Program-made: the position numbers and the translations under genes
The notes under the pieces: model-generated
Told to the model about the DNA's origin: nothing
Databases searched by the model: none
Seen by the model: only the letters and a program-made list of their open reading frames with translations
Shown here: positions 1-8,852 of the stretch, in pieces
Numbering within the stretch: the first letter of the stretch is position 1
Layout of the letters: each line of letters opens with the position of its first letter
Source: Candidatus Eiseniibacteriota bacterium
GTDB lineage: Bacteria > ARS69
Direction: 5' to 3'
Length of the DNA: 26,222 bases
NCBI GenBank assembly: GCA_052390515.1
Contig: JBQTGV010000119.1
Span: forward strand, 1 to 26,222

Positions 1-349
1 GCTCGCGGCGCTCGAGCAACGCTTCCTCAACGCGGGCGAGCAGGGCCTCTCCGCTGACCGGGCCGACGGACGCACGCCGCCGCTCCGGCCGCGAACGCTC
101 GGGGGCCTCGGGCTCCGCCCCGAGCCAGGATACGAGGACGGCACGCGGCGCGAGGTCCCGCAGGGACGCACCCGTCCCCTCCCGGGCGACCACGATGTCC
201 GGATCGAATCCCTCTCGGAGCAGCAGCGCGACGGCGTCGAGATCGGCGGCCTGGGCGGCGTCGTGACCCGCATCGGCGAAGCGCCGACACAGGTCTCGCC
301 TCAGATCGTCCTCCGGCTCGACCAGGAGGACCCTTCCGGTTCGCATCAT
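1..349 (-). CDS. 5' part of a protein with an N-terminal degenerate (pseudo-)receiver domain; runs off the window edge
   Basis: Not in the ORF track. I translated the minus strand from ATG 349: MMRTGRVLLVEPEDDLRRDLCRRFADAGHDAAQAADLDAVALLLREGFDPDIVVAREG...EALLARVEEALLERRE, open to the edge. It follows the CheY-like pattern RVLLVE..D / G....A.D / PD.VV. AGGGG SD upstream. Confidence 0.75.
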   Translation of the reverse strand, partial: MMRTGRVLLVEPEDDLRRDLCRRFADAGHDAAQAADLDAVALLLREGFDPDIVVAREGTGASLRDLAPRAVLVSWLGAEPEAPERSRPERRRASVGPVSGEALLARVEEALLERRE

Positions 350-425
350 CGATCGGCAGCCCCTGTCGATCGGGAATCGGCACAGCGGGCGCCCCGATTA
401 ACAGCAGGCCCTTAACTGCCGAAGT

Positions 426-454
426 TTGACAGGGATACCGCGCCGTCCTACCTT
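426..454 (+). promoter_or_regulatory. sigma70-type promoter for the trpF-aroC operon
   Basis: TTGACA (426-431), 17-nt spacer, TACCTT (449-454); GGAG SD before ATG 476. Confidence 0.75.
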
Positions 455-475
455 GGCGGATCCTGTGGAGACCTC

Positions 476-1129
476 ATGGCCCACCGCACCTGGATCAAGA
501 TGTGCGGGCTGACCCGCCTGGAGGACGCCCTCCGGTGCGCGGAGGCGGGGGTGGACGCGCTCGGCTTCGTCTTCGCCGCGAGCCCGCGGCGGGTGACCGT
601 CGAGCAGGCCGTCGCCATCATCCGGGAGCTTCCCCCGCACATTCTCCGGTTCGCGGTCTTCGTGGACGAGACCCCCGCGGAGATCGCCAGGGTCCTCGCC
701 CACACCGACGTCGACCGCGTCCAGATCCACGGGTTCGAGGAGCCGACGGTGCACGAGGTCTGCGGCACGCGCGTCGTGAAGGTGTTCCGGGCGCGGGACG
801 AGACCGTGCTCCGCGAGATCGAGGAGACGCGCCCGGCGATGTTCCTGCTGGACACCTGGCGAAGGGACGTGGCCGGCGGTACCGGCGAGCGCTTCGACTG
901 GGACATCGCGCGGCGGACGCGGACGCTCGGCCGTCTCGTGCTGGCTGGCGGGCTCACCCCCGAGAACGTGGGTGACGCCGTCCGCGACGTGCGCCCCTTC
1001 GGTGTGGACGTGTCCACCGGCATCGAGACGTCGCCCGGCGTGAAGGACGCGGCGAAGATCCGTGCGTTCGTCGAGGCGGTCCGCGCCGCGGACCTGACCT
1101 TCGCGGGCGAGACGAGCGCGGCGAGCTGA
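476..1129 (+). CDS. trpF: phosphoribosylanthranilate isomerase
   Basis: Motifs IKMCGLT, DALGFVF..SPR.V, VQIHG.E, LLDT, GGTG..FDW, LAGGLTPENV, GVDVSTGIE.SPGVKD. Confidence 0.96.
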   Translation: MAHRTWIKMCGLTRLEDALRCAEAGVDALGFVFAASPRRVTVEQAVAIIRELPPHILRFAVFVDETPAEIARVLAHTDVDRVQIHGFEEPTVHEVCGTRVVKVFRARDETVLREIEETRPAMFLLDTWRRDVAGGTGERFDWDIARRTRTLGRLVLAGGLTPENVGDAVRDVRPFGVDVSTGIETSPGVKDAAKIRAFVEAVRAADLTFAGETSAAS

Positions 1130-1130
1130 C

Positions 1131-2291
1131 GTGCCCCGCCTCACCTACACTACTGGCGGCGAGAGCCACGGGCCGTGTCTCACCGCGCAGGTCGAGGGGC
1201 TGCCGGCCGGCTTCGCCGTGCCGGTGGAGCTGGCCGACGGAATGCTCGCGCTGCGCCAGGGTGGCTACGGCCGCGGCGGACGGCAGAAGATCGAGAAGGA
1301 CACCGTCGAGGTGCTCGCCGGGGTGCTGCGCGGCCGGACGATCGGCTCTCCGCTCGTGCTGCGCATCGCGAACCGGGATCAGCGCATCGAAGAGGCGCCG
1401 CCGGTGCACCGGCCGCGTCCCGGCCATGCCGACCTGGCCGGCTCGTACAAGTGGCTGACCGACGACGCGCGCCCGGTGCTGGAGCGCGCCAGCGCGCGGG
1501 AGACGGCGGCGCGCACCGCGGCGGGTGCGGTGGCGAAGGGTCTGCTCGCCGAGTTCGGGATCGAGGCGCTCGGCTTCGTCGTGCACCTGGGAGGGGTCGG
1601 CGCCGAAGTTCCGGCGGACGTTCCGCTCGAGGAGCTGCGCCGCCGCCGCGATGCGAGCGCCGTGTACTGTCCGGACGAGCGCGCCGAGACGGCCATGAAG
1701 CAGGCCATCGACGACGCGAAGCACGCCGGCGACACCGTGGGCGGCATCTTCGAGGTGCGCGTCACCGGACTCCCCATCGGGCTGGGTTCCTGCTTCCGCT
1801 GGGACGAGCGGCTGGACGCGCGGCTCGCCGCGGCGGTCATGGGGATCCAGGCGGTGAAGGGCGTGGAGATCGGCATGGGCTTCGGCGCCGCCTCTCGGCG
1901 CGGCTCCGAGGTGCACGACGAGATCCTCTGGGACGAGAGCGCGGCGGGGACGCCGGCCCGCGGCATCGCCCGCAGCCGCAACAACGCCGGCGGGCTCGAG
2001 GGAGGGATGACCAACGGCCAGCCGCTGGTGATCCGCGGAGCGAAGAAGCCGATCTCGACGCTGCGCCGCCGGCTCCGCTCCATCGACTTGCGCACCAAGG
2101 GGGCGGAGGAGTCGAGCTACGAGCGCAGCGACATCTGCGCGCTGCCGGCGGCCGGCATCATCGCCGAGGCGGTGGTGTGCTTCGAGCTGGCCGCCGCGTT
2201 CCTGGACAAGTTCGGCGGTGACACTCTGATCGAGACGTGGAAGCGCTGGGAGGCCCACCTCGAGCTCGAGCCGCGCCCGCTGGATTCCTGA
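1131..2291 (+). CDS. aroC: chorismate synthase
   Basis: Motifs T.GESHG, RQGGYGRGGR, RPGHADL, ERASARETAAR, NNAGGLEGGMTNG, KPISTL, ERSD. Confidence 0.97.
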   Translation: MPRLTYTTGGESHGPCLTAQVEGLPAGFAVPVELADGMLALRQGGYGRGGRQKIEKDTVEVLAGVLRGRTIGSPLVLRIANRDQRIEEAPPVHRPRPGHADLAGSYKWLTDDARPVLERASARETAARTAAGAVAKGLLAEFGIEALGFVVHLGGVGAEVPADVPLEELRRRRDASAVYCPDERAETAMKQAIDDAKHAGDTVGGIFEVRVTGLPIGLGSCFRWDERLDARLAAAVMGIQAVKGVEIGMGFGAASRRGSEVHDEILWDESAAGTPARGIARSRNNAGGLEGGMTNGQPLVIRGAKKPISTLRRRLRSIDLRTKGAEESSYERSDICALPAAGIIAEAVVCFELAAAFLDKFGGDTLIETWKRWEAHLELEPRPLDS

Positions 2292-2316
2292 GACAGCCCG
2301 AGGAGACTGAGCCCCC

Positions 2317-3411
2317 ATGCGAGCACGTTCCGAGCGGATCTTCGCCGCCCTGCGCGAGTCGGTGGACGCCGTCGTCATCGCCAACGCCGGCTCGAACCTC
2401 ACCGACGCGACCTTTCGCTACATCTCGGGTGTGACGCGGGGCGGCTACGAGGGCTGCGCCGCGGTGCTCGAGCCGGCGAAGCGTCCGACGCTGATCGTCT
2501 CCCGGCTGGAGGAGGAGAGCGCGCGCACCGCCCAGGAGAGCGACGTCGTCGCCTACGCTTCGCCCGCGGAGCAGAAGGAGAGGCTGCGCGAGCGTCTCGG
2601 CAAGCCCTCGCTCATCGGTGTGAACGCGGCGGCCATCGTGCTGGCCAAGGCGAATCTCCTGAAGGAGCTCTTCCCACAGGCGCAGCTCGTCGACGTCGGT
2701 CCGGCCATCACCGCGGCGCGCCTGGTGAAGGACGCCGACGAGATCGGGCGCGTGCGCCGTGCATGCGCACTCACCAGCGAGGTGGCCACGGAGATCCCGA
2801 AGATGTTGCGAGCGGGCATGACCGAGCGCGAACTCGCCGGGGAGATAGCCGGCGCCATCCAGCGGCGAGGCGCGCAGACGGCCTTCGACGCCATCGTGTG
2901 CTTCGGCGTCACCGGCTCCGAGCCGCACTACTCCCCCGGCGACGTGAAGCTCGCGCGCGGCGACATGATCCTGATCGACTTCGGTTCGAAGCTCGACGAC
3001 TACTGCTCGGACATCACCCGCATGTACCTCTTCGGGCGCGCCACCGCCGCGCAGCGCGCCATGTTCGACGTGGTGCACCGCGCGCAGGCCAGTGCGGTGG
3101 ACGCGGCCCGCGCCGGGGCCGCCGGCAAGGACGTCCACCTCCGCGCGAAGGAGGTCATCGAAGCGTCGGAGTTCCGCGGGCGGTTCATCCACGGCACCGG
3201 CCACTCCGTCGGCCTCGAGGTGCACGACGGCCCCGGCTTCAGCGAGACCTCCGAACTCGTGCTCGAGCCGGGAATGATCCTCACCGTCGAGCCGGGCGTG
3301 TACGTCCCCGGCGTCGGTGGCGTGCGTATCGAGGACACGATCCTCGTCACCGCGGACGGCGCGGAGAACCTGACGACGGTGACGAAGGAGCTCGTCGAGG
3401 TCTCCGCTTGA
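2317..3411 (+). CDS. Xaa-Pro aminopeptidase/dipeptidase (M24B family)
   Basis: Creatinase-like N-terminal domain plus metal-ligand motifs IDFG, YCSDITR, HGTGHSVGLEVHD, EPG, GVRIED. Confidence 0.92.
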   Translation: MRARSERIFAALRESVDAVVIANAGSNLTDATFRYISGVTRGGYEGCAAVLEPAKRPTLIVSRLEEESARTAQESDVVAYASPAEQKERLRERLGKPSLIGVNAAAIVLAKANLLKELFPQAQLVDVGPAITAARLVKDADEIGRVRRACALTSEVATEIPKMLRAGMTERELAGEIAGAIQRRGAQTAFDAIVCFGVTGSEPHYSPGDVKLARGDMILIDFGSKLDDYCSDITRMYLFGRATAAQRAMFDVVHRAQASAVDAARAGAAGKDVHLRAKEVIEASEFRGRFIHGTGHSVGLEVHDGPGFSETSELVLEPGMILTVEPGVYVPGVGGVRIEDTILVTADGAENLTTVTKELVEVSA

Positions 3412-4802
3412 GCGAAGCGGCGCGGAAGAGCTTCGTGCTGCCGACGCTCGCCCTCACGGCCGCCGCCGTCCTCTACACGCAGGTCGCGCTGGGGCCGGCG
3501 CTGCCGCGCGTGCTGCCGCCTCTCGTCGAGCAGTCGGTGGAGACGGAGTCCGAGCTCGCGCGCGCGTTCCGCTGGATGGTGCTGGTCCTCGCGCTGGTGC
3601 TGCCGGTCGTCTTCGTGGCGCTCACGTCCTTCGCCGCGTGGGCGGTCCTGCGCGCCGCGCGGGCGGGACGGAGCTTCCGCAGCGCGCTGTCCGTCGCCGC
3701 GCGTGCTTCCCTTTGGGTGGCGGCGGGGCTCGTGGCGAAGGCCATGCTGGTGATGGCGACCGGAGAGCCGGAGCCGCCCACGAACCTCTCCTTGCTGCTC
3801 GACCAGCCGGCCGGCGCGGCGCGCATCGCCCTGGCGTTCACGAATCCGTTTTTCCTGCTGGCGGCCGCGGCGTCCGTCCGCGGGCTTCGCCGCAGGGACG
3901 TGCCGCGCTTCCCGGCGTGGGCGGCCGGTGCAGGCCCGTGGCTCGCGTGGACCGCGTTCTTCGTCCTCGGAGCCGGCGGAACGACGGGACGGCTCCCCGC
4001 GGCCGCGCCGATCTCGTATGAAGGCTGGGAGACGATCACGAAGGAGACCGTGGTCGTCCGCCACCCGCCGCGGATGGGGGCCGACGCGGCCGAGCTGGCC
4101 ACGATCCTCGACGGGTTCACGAAGAAGCTCGCCGAGCAGTTCGACTTCGAGCCGCGCGTCGTGCACGTGCACGTCTTCCGCAGCCACGACGAGCTGGTGC
4201 ATGCCGCTGGCGGGCGCCTGCACGTGAAGGTCACCGGGTCGATCCGTGGCCGGGAGTTGCTCTTTCTGGAGATGCCGGGGCGAAGCGCCGCGATGCCCAA
4301 GGTCGACGGGATCCACGAGGCGGTCCGCTGGATGGCGCTGATGCACTTGCCGTTCGTGCCGGGAATCGAGGGCAGCCCGCGCTGGTTCATCGAGGGGCTG
4401 GCGCACGCGGCAGCCATGCCGCTCACGCCGCGCCTGGATCAGGAGTACCGGGCGATGCTGCGAAGGGACGGCGTGCCGAGCTTCGAGCGGCTGCTCGACG
4501 ACCGCATCTTCGTCACGCCGGAAGGGCCGCTGCTCGCGCGGTCGGTGGTCGATCAGATCGTCTTCGTGCACGGCAGGGAAGTGCTGGCGGCCGTCCGCGC
4601 CGACATGGCCGGTGGGGCTACGTTCCGGGACGCGCTCTTCGCTCGGACCCGCCTCACCACGAGCGAGCTCGAGGCGGGCTGGCAGGACAGCATCCGGGAG
4701 GTGCTGCGCCGGGAGGGTGTGGCGGGACCGGCGGGCGCAGCCGCCGACTCGGGCGCCGTGCCGGACACGGCGGACGTGGAGCCGTTCCTGGAGCGGCGGT
4801 AG
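3408..4802 (+). CDS. membrane protein: Yip1-like multi-TM N-terminus fused to a degenerate peptidase MA (gluzincin)-like domain
   Basis: Likely true start is TTG 3408, overlapping the peptidase stop (TTGA). About 5 hydrophobic segments, then a soluble domain with HEAVR...PRWFIEGLA. Confidence 0.7.
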   Translation: MSEAARKSFVLPTLALTAAAVLYTQVALGPALPRVLPPLVEQSVETESELARAFRWMVLVLALVLPVVFVALTSFAAWAVLRAARAGRSFRSALSVAARASLWVAAGLVAKAMLVMATGEPEPPTNLSLLLDQPAGAARIALAFTNPFFLLAAAASVRGLRRRDVPRFPAWAAGAGPWLAWTAFFVLGAGGTTGRLPAAAPISYEGWETITKETVVVRHPPRMGADAAELATILDGFTKKLAEQFDFEPRVVHVHVFRSHDELVHAAGGRLHVKVTGSIRGRELLFLEMPGRSAAMPKVDGIHEAVRWMALMHLPFVPGIEGSPRWFIEGLAHAAAMPLTPRLDQEYRAMLRRDGVPSFERLLDDRIFVTPEGPLLARSVVDQIVFVHGREVLAAVRADMAGGATFRDALFARTRLTTSELEAGWQDSIREVLRREGVAGPAGAAADSGAVPDTADVEPFLERR

Positions 4803-5036
4803 CCGACCGGGAGCCGAAGTACGCGGCATGCTCTCGTAGCTCCCCACCGATGTCGGATTCAACGCCCTCTGCGGTCCGGAGCACCGCAGCGTTGGATAGG
4901 CGCCACCACCCCCTGTCCCACCCGGGCCATCCCCTGTCCCCGCGGGTGCAATCGACACGGCCCTCGGGGCGAATCCCTTCGCCCACGATTCCGCCAACCG
5001 CCGCTCCGGCCGCCACTTCCGCCCTTCGTCCCGTCC

Positions 5037-5051
5037 TGGCACGTCCCCTGC
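5037..5051 (+). promoter_or_regulatory. putative sigma54 (-24/-12) promoter
   Basis: TGGCACG-TCCC-CTGC gives GG-N10-GC, 70 nt upstream of ATG 5121. Confidence 0.6.
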
Positions 5052-5120
5052 GTGAGGGCGCCCCCGGAAGAGGCCGGCCCAACCGGCCCGGACCCACGAA
5101 ACAACGAGGAGGCGACCATC

Positions 5121-6029
5121 ATGTTCCGCACCCGCACGACGGCCACGGCCCTGCTGCTCGGTGCCGCCAGCCTGCTCCAGGGCTGCCTGGGCTCCGACGG
5201 CTCCCTGGGCGCCGACGACGTCATTCCCGCGACCGACGAGGAAGCCATCGAAGTCGTGATGGAGTCCGACGAGGCGAACTCCGAAATGTCGACGACCGAC
5301 GTGCTTGTGATGAACGAAGAGGCGAGCGACGGCGGCGCGGCGCTCGCGCCGATCAACACCTGCCGCTGGTTCCGTGAGCCCAGCGACATCGACCGCCGGA
5401 TCCAGATCGTGATCAACGAGCCGTCCGGCGAGGCGGCCACTGCTCAGGTCACGGCGAGTGTCTTCATCGCCGGTACGCTGCACCTCTTCGCCTGCGAGCC
5501 CGACCTGCAGAGTCCTGTCGACAAGCGCTTCGACGACTCCGGCTCCCTGCACATGCTGTTCCAGCGCGTGCGGCCGATCCGGGAGGACCGCCGGCACCGC
5601 GGCTGGCAGCTCGCCGCCGTCTCCGGCATCGAGCTGGCGTCCGAGGGCACGACGCGTGACATCCTCTCCGTGCGCGTGGTCTCCGGGGACGTCGACCGTA
5701 CGTTCACCGACATGGCCGAGCTGGTGCGCGTCGCCGACCTGCTGCGCCTGCCGGCGAACACCGAGGTCCTGGTGTTTGCCAAGACGGACGACCCGACCGA
5801 TGCGGTGTACCTGCACCTGCACCGCGCGCACCGCACCGCGATGGTCGACTCCGACGGCGACGGCACGTTCGAGGGCCGCTTCACGACCTCCGAGCGCCCA
5901 GGGCCGCATCGCTTCGCGGTGGACGTTCTCTCCGACGGGACGCTGTTCGACGACGCAGCGCCCTACGACAACGTCGCGTGGGGGATGCTCTATCTGATCG
6001 AGGGCGCGAACGACGGTCCGCGCGAGTAG
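5121..6029 (+). CDS. uncharacterised lipoprotein
   Basis: GAGGAGG SD, then MFRTRTTATALLLGAASLLQG-C lipobox; acidic linker; DSDGDG Ca-loop-like motif. The ORF-track start at 5052 is probably too far upstream. Confidence 0.8.
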   Translation: MFRTRTTATALLLGAASLLQGCLGSDGSLGADDVIPATDEEAIEVVMESDEANSEMSTTDVLVMNEEASDGGAALAPINTCRWFREPSDIDRRIQIVINEPSGEAATAQVTASVFIAGTLHLFACEPDLQSPVDKRFDDSGSLHMLFQRVRPIREDRRHRGWQLAAVSGIELASEGTTRDILSVRVVSGDVDRTFTDMAELVRVADLLRLPANTEVLVFAKTDDPTDAVYLHLHRAHRTAMVDSDGDGTFEGRFTTSERPGPHRFAVDVLSDGTLFDDAAPYDNVAWGMLYLIEGANDGPRE

Positions 6030-6043
6030 GACTCGAGAGACAC

Positions 6044-6110
6044 GGGGCGGGCGAACAGGGGCGCCCGTCCTTCGCGGAGGGGAGGCCACCGGGTCTCCCC
6101 TCCTGCGTTT
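6044..6110. terminator. two GC-rich hairpins between convergent genes; probable intrinsic terminator
   Basis: GGGCGGGCG/CGCCCGTCC (within 6044-6070) and CGC-GGAGGGGAG..CTCCCCTCC-T-GCG followed by TTT (6073-6110). Confidence 0.65.
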
Positions 6111-7376
6111 CTACCAGTCGTTGTCTTCGTCGGGCGGACGCCGTCGCGACCACTGCTCGACGCCGGTCAGCGTCACGCCGAAGCGAACGACGTGCTCCAG
6201 GTACTCGGTCTCGTCCTTCGTTCCGCGCCAGCCGTACTCCACGTACCAGTCCACCGTCCCGAGTCCGCCGGCGATGCCGAAGCCGGATCCGGCGGAGAGC
6301 ACGTGCTCGCGGACTTCGAGGTCGTTGGCGTCGAGCACGTGCAGGTTCTCGGTACGCCAGCCGAGGCGAAGCGGCCAGGAGAGGCCCTCGCCGCCGCGGT
6401 TCCATTCCGCACCCACGGCGAAACGATTCACGTCGACGAAGCGGTCCACGGGGGTCAGCGGATCGGCGTCCTCCCAGGCCTCGTACACCCAGTCGCCGGC
6501 CAGGAGCAGGGAAGGTCTCGGGCGAAGCTCGAAGCCGGCGGCGTACGACCGCGGCAGATCCACGTCCGCGTCGAAGCTCACGTCGCTCTCCTCGCCGGCC
6601 TGATCGCTCTCGAGCGTCCGCTCGCCGTTGAGCTTGCCGGGGAAGCGCAGCCACCCGCCGAGCGCGATCGTGTCGCCCAGCGGAACGCGGACGCCCGCGC
6701 GCCAGGAGAGGCCGCCGCTGCCCAGCTCGTCCCGGTCCTCGCTGTCGACGAACCCCAGCTCCTCCTGCGCGCCGGTGAAGTCGTTGCGGAAGCGTTCGTC
6801 GACGTTCAGCAGCAACAGCTCGAACCCGGTGCCCACCTGCACGCCGCCGATATCCTTGGCGAGGAGCAGGGGCACCTGGATCTCGCTGCCGCGGCCCTCG
6901 AACTCCTGGCGGTACACGAGCGAGCCGCCGCCCCCGTCGTCAACCGTGGCGGTCTGCTCGATCGTCCCGCCCCGGCGCCGCGCGACGAGCAGTCCGGTCC
7001 CGAACGCGAGGCCTCTGGGCAGCGGGAACACGAGCCCCAGGTTGGGAACGAGACCGGCGTACTCCTTGCGGACCGCGTTCGTCCCGGCCTGGGTCTCCTC
7101 GGTGCGGATCCACTCCGTGTCGTACGTGCCGTAGAAGAGCGTGCGCCGGGCGAAGGCGAGGGACGCGGGATTGCCGGAGATCGCGGGCGTGTTCGTGGCC
7201 GCCTCGGTGCCGCCGCGCGCGCGCGCGTCCGCGCGCATGGACGCGACCGGCTCGCCGTCACCGCGCAGAGAGTAGCGGGATTCGCCCCGCGCCCCGCCGG
7301 CGAGCACGAGCAACGCCGCCGCCGTGACAGGCGCCGTGACCGCCGCCGCGACCGCCGCCGCACGGAACCCGCTCAC
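6111..7376 (-). CDS. outer-membrane beta-barrel, FadL/OmpP1/PorV-like
   Basis: GTG 7376 overlaps the upstream stop (GTGA). Ala-rich signal peptide, then SRYSLRGDG...ADARARGG...NPASL hatch-like motif and alternating amphipathic strands ending VVRFGVTLTGVEQW. Confidence 0.75.
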   Translation of the reverse strand: MSGFRAAAVAAAVTAPVTAAALLVLAGGARGESRYSLRGDGEPVASMRADARARGGTEAATNTPAISGNPASLAFARRTLFYGTYDTEWIRTEETQAGTNAVRKEYAGLVPNLGLVFPLPRGLAFGTGLLVARRRGGTIEQTATVDDGGGGSLVYRQEFEGRGSEIQVPLLLAKDIGGVQVGTGFELLLLNVDERFRNDFTGAQEELGFVDSEDRDELGSGGLSWRAGVRVPLGDTIALGGWLRFPGKLNGERTLESDQAGEESDVSFDADVDLPRSYAAGFELRPRPSLLLAGDWVYEAWEDADPLTPVDRFVDVNRFAVGAEWNRGGEGLSWPLRLGWRTENLHVLDANDLEVREHVLSAGSGFGIAGGLGTVDWYVEYGWRGTKDETEYLEHVVRFGVTLTGVEQWSRRRPPDEDNDW

Positions 7377-8551
7377 GGCTCCACCTCGTCCTCGGGCGTG
7401 TACCAGACACGCAGCGTCGGCTCCTTCCCGGCCACCTCGGTGTCCGGCCCGTGGAAGCGGACGTAGTCCGTGTCGGTCCGGTCCTCGTGCGCGCGCAGCA
7501 GCACCCCGTAGTTCCCTTCGCTGCTCAAGTCTTGCACGAGCTGCGCCACGTCGATGTCCACGGAATCCGTGGCCGAGGTGATGGTCTTGAGTCCGTGCGC
7601 CACGACGTCCAGGAGCGTCGAGTCGGCGCTCCAGGAGCTGTCCGCCACGCGCTGGAGGCGGATCAGCACGCTCGAGAGGCTCGACTGTGCCTGGTCGACG
7701 TGCAGCGTGAGGGTCGCGCGGTTCACGGTGGCGCGCTCGCCGAGATCGGGAACGGGAAGGGCCATCAACGAGCTGGTGGGGAAGCCGCGCCCGACCGTGA
7801 GACGGCCGGGTTGCCCATCGAGCGGCACGAACGAGGCGGTCTTGGAGTAGAGCGAGTTGTCCTGCGAGGCCGCGGCGGTGCTGCTGGTGTCCGCGCCCGC
7901 CCCGGTCTTCCAGTGCAGGGTGAGCGATGGAACGCGCGCCGAGGTACGCGCTCCGTACTCCAGCATCAGGTCGGTCGAGTCGAGCGGAACGAGCGCCAGC
8001 CCGAAGTTCGAATCCGGCCGGTCGACCCACGTCTGGGCGAAGGAGACCAGGGAGGCGGCCAGCGTGTCGCCGATGTCCGCGGCCGACAGGGTGAGCGTGT
8101 CCGCGGCGGGAAGGAACGGCGGGAACAGCGCCGCGTCGTAGAACGACTCGCCCCAGGGCGCGGTCACCCGGTGCAGGCCGACCGGGAGCGAGTCCGCCGC
8201 GCCGAGTCCGTCCTCGTAGAGGAAGCGCACGACGGCGCTGTCCAGAACGGTGCCCGCGGCTGGAAGCGATGCGGCGTCGAACTGCACGAGCGCGCGCGCC
8301 AGGTAGCCGGGGCGGGATCCGACGGTGATCGCGGGCGACGAGCCCAGGTTCGTGGAAGGTAGCTGACCCTGAAAGTCGTCCGACGAGTCCGCTTGCGAAG
8401 CGAAGTAACGGACTGCTTGCAGCTCGCCGCGGTCCCGGATGAGCGCGACGCCGAGGCTGTTGTCCTCCCGCGTGCCGCAGGAAGCCAGCGCACCGGCGGC
8501 GAGGAGCGCGAGGATCGACGCGGCGCCGCGTCCGCGCGAACGGAGCTTCAA
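7373..8551 (-). CDS. lipoprotein with two tandem DNRLRE/CBM96-like beta-sandwich domains
   Basis: TTG 8551 with AAAGGAAG SD; lipobox LAS-C. Two internally similar domains: ALVQFD..LHRVTAPW..NFGLAL..PSLTLHW and LMALP..LQRVADSSW..NYGVLL..PTLRVWY. Confidence 0.72.
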   Translation of the reverse strand: MKLRSRGRGAASILALLAAGALASCGTREDNSLGVALIRDRGELQAVRYFASQADSSDDFQGQLPSTNLGSSPAITVGSRPGYLARALVQFDAASLPAAGTVLDSAVVRFLYEDGLGAADSLPVGLHRVTAPWGESFYDAALFPPFLPAADTLTLSAADIGDTLAASLVSFAQTWVDRPDSNFGLALVPLDSTDLMLEYGARTSARVPSLTLHWKTGAGADTSSTAAASQDNSLYSKTASFVPLDGQPGRLTVGRGFPTSSLMALPVPDLGERATVNRATLTLHVDQAQSSLSSVLIRLQRVADSSWSADSTLLDVVAHGLKTITSATDSVDIDVAQLVQDLSSEGNYGVLLRAHEDRTDTDYVRFHGPDTEVAGKEPTLRVWYTPEDEVEP

Positions 8552-8590
8552 CCGGTGCTTCCTTTCCGGAGGGGTGCTGCAGAGCGCGGC

Positions 8591-8599
8591 AGTGTAACA
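8591..8599 (-). promoter_or_regulatory. extended -10 promoter for the lipoprotein/barrel pair
   Basis: The minus strand reads TGTTACACT (TGn-TACACT), 40 nt upstream of TTG 8551. Confidence 0.45.
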
Positions 8600-8852
8600 G
8601 CGGCTTTCGGACCCGGCTACCCGCGTTCGCCGCTGGCGCTCCGAACACACCGCGCCTCGGTTGACGTTCCCGAAAACCGTGGGGAAAGTGAGTCGCGTTC
8701 GGCATCGTGCTCCGACGGATTGTCCTCGTCGATCCGGCAGGCGACCGCGTCCGGTCGACCGACTCGAGAGCCCGACCCCGGTACTGGGACGGCCCGGGAG
8801 AGTCGGGAACGGGAAGGAAGGCCGTGGCGCGGTCACCCTCCGGGACCCCGCC

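Noticed and set aside
3000..6089. 1029-aa minus-strand ORF and the many other long antisense or off-frame ORFs (e.g. 954-2402, 10981-13209, 21400-24027, 23943-26069)
   Set aside because: These are shadow ORFs expected in high-GC DNA. They overlap motif-bearing genes and are Arg/Pro/Gly-rich with no recognisable domains.
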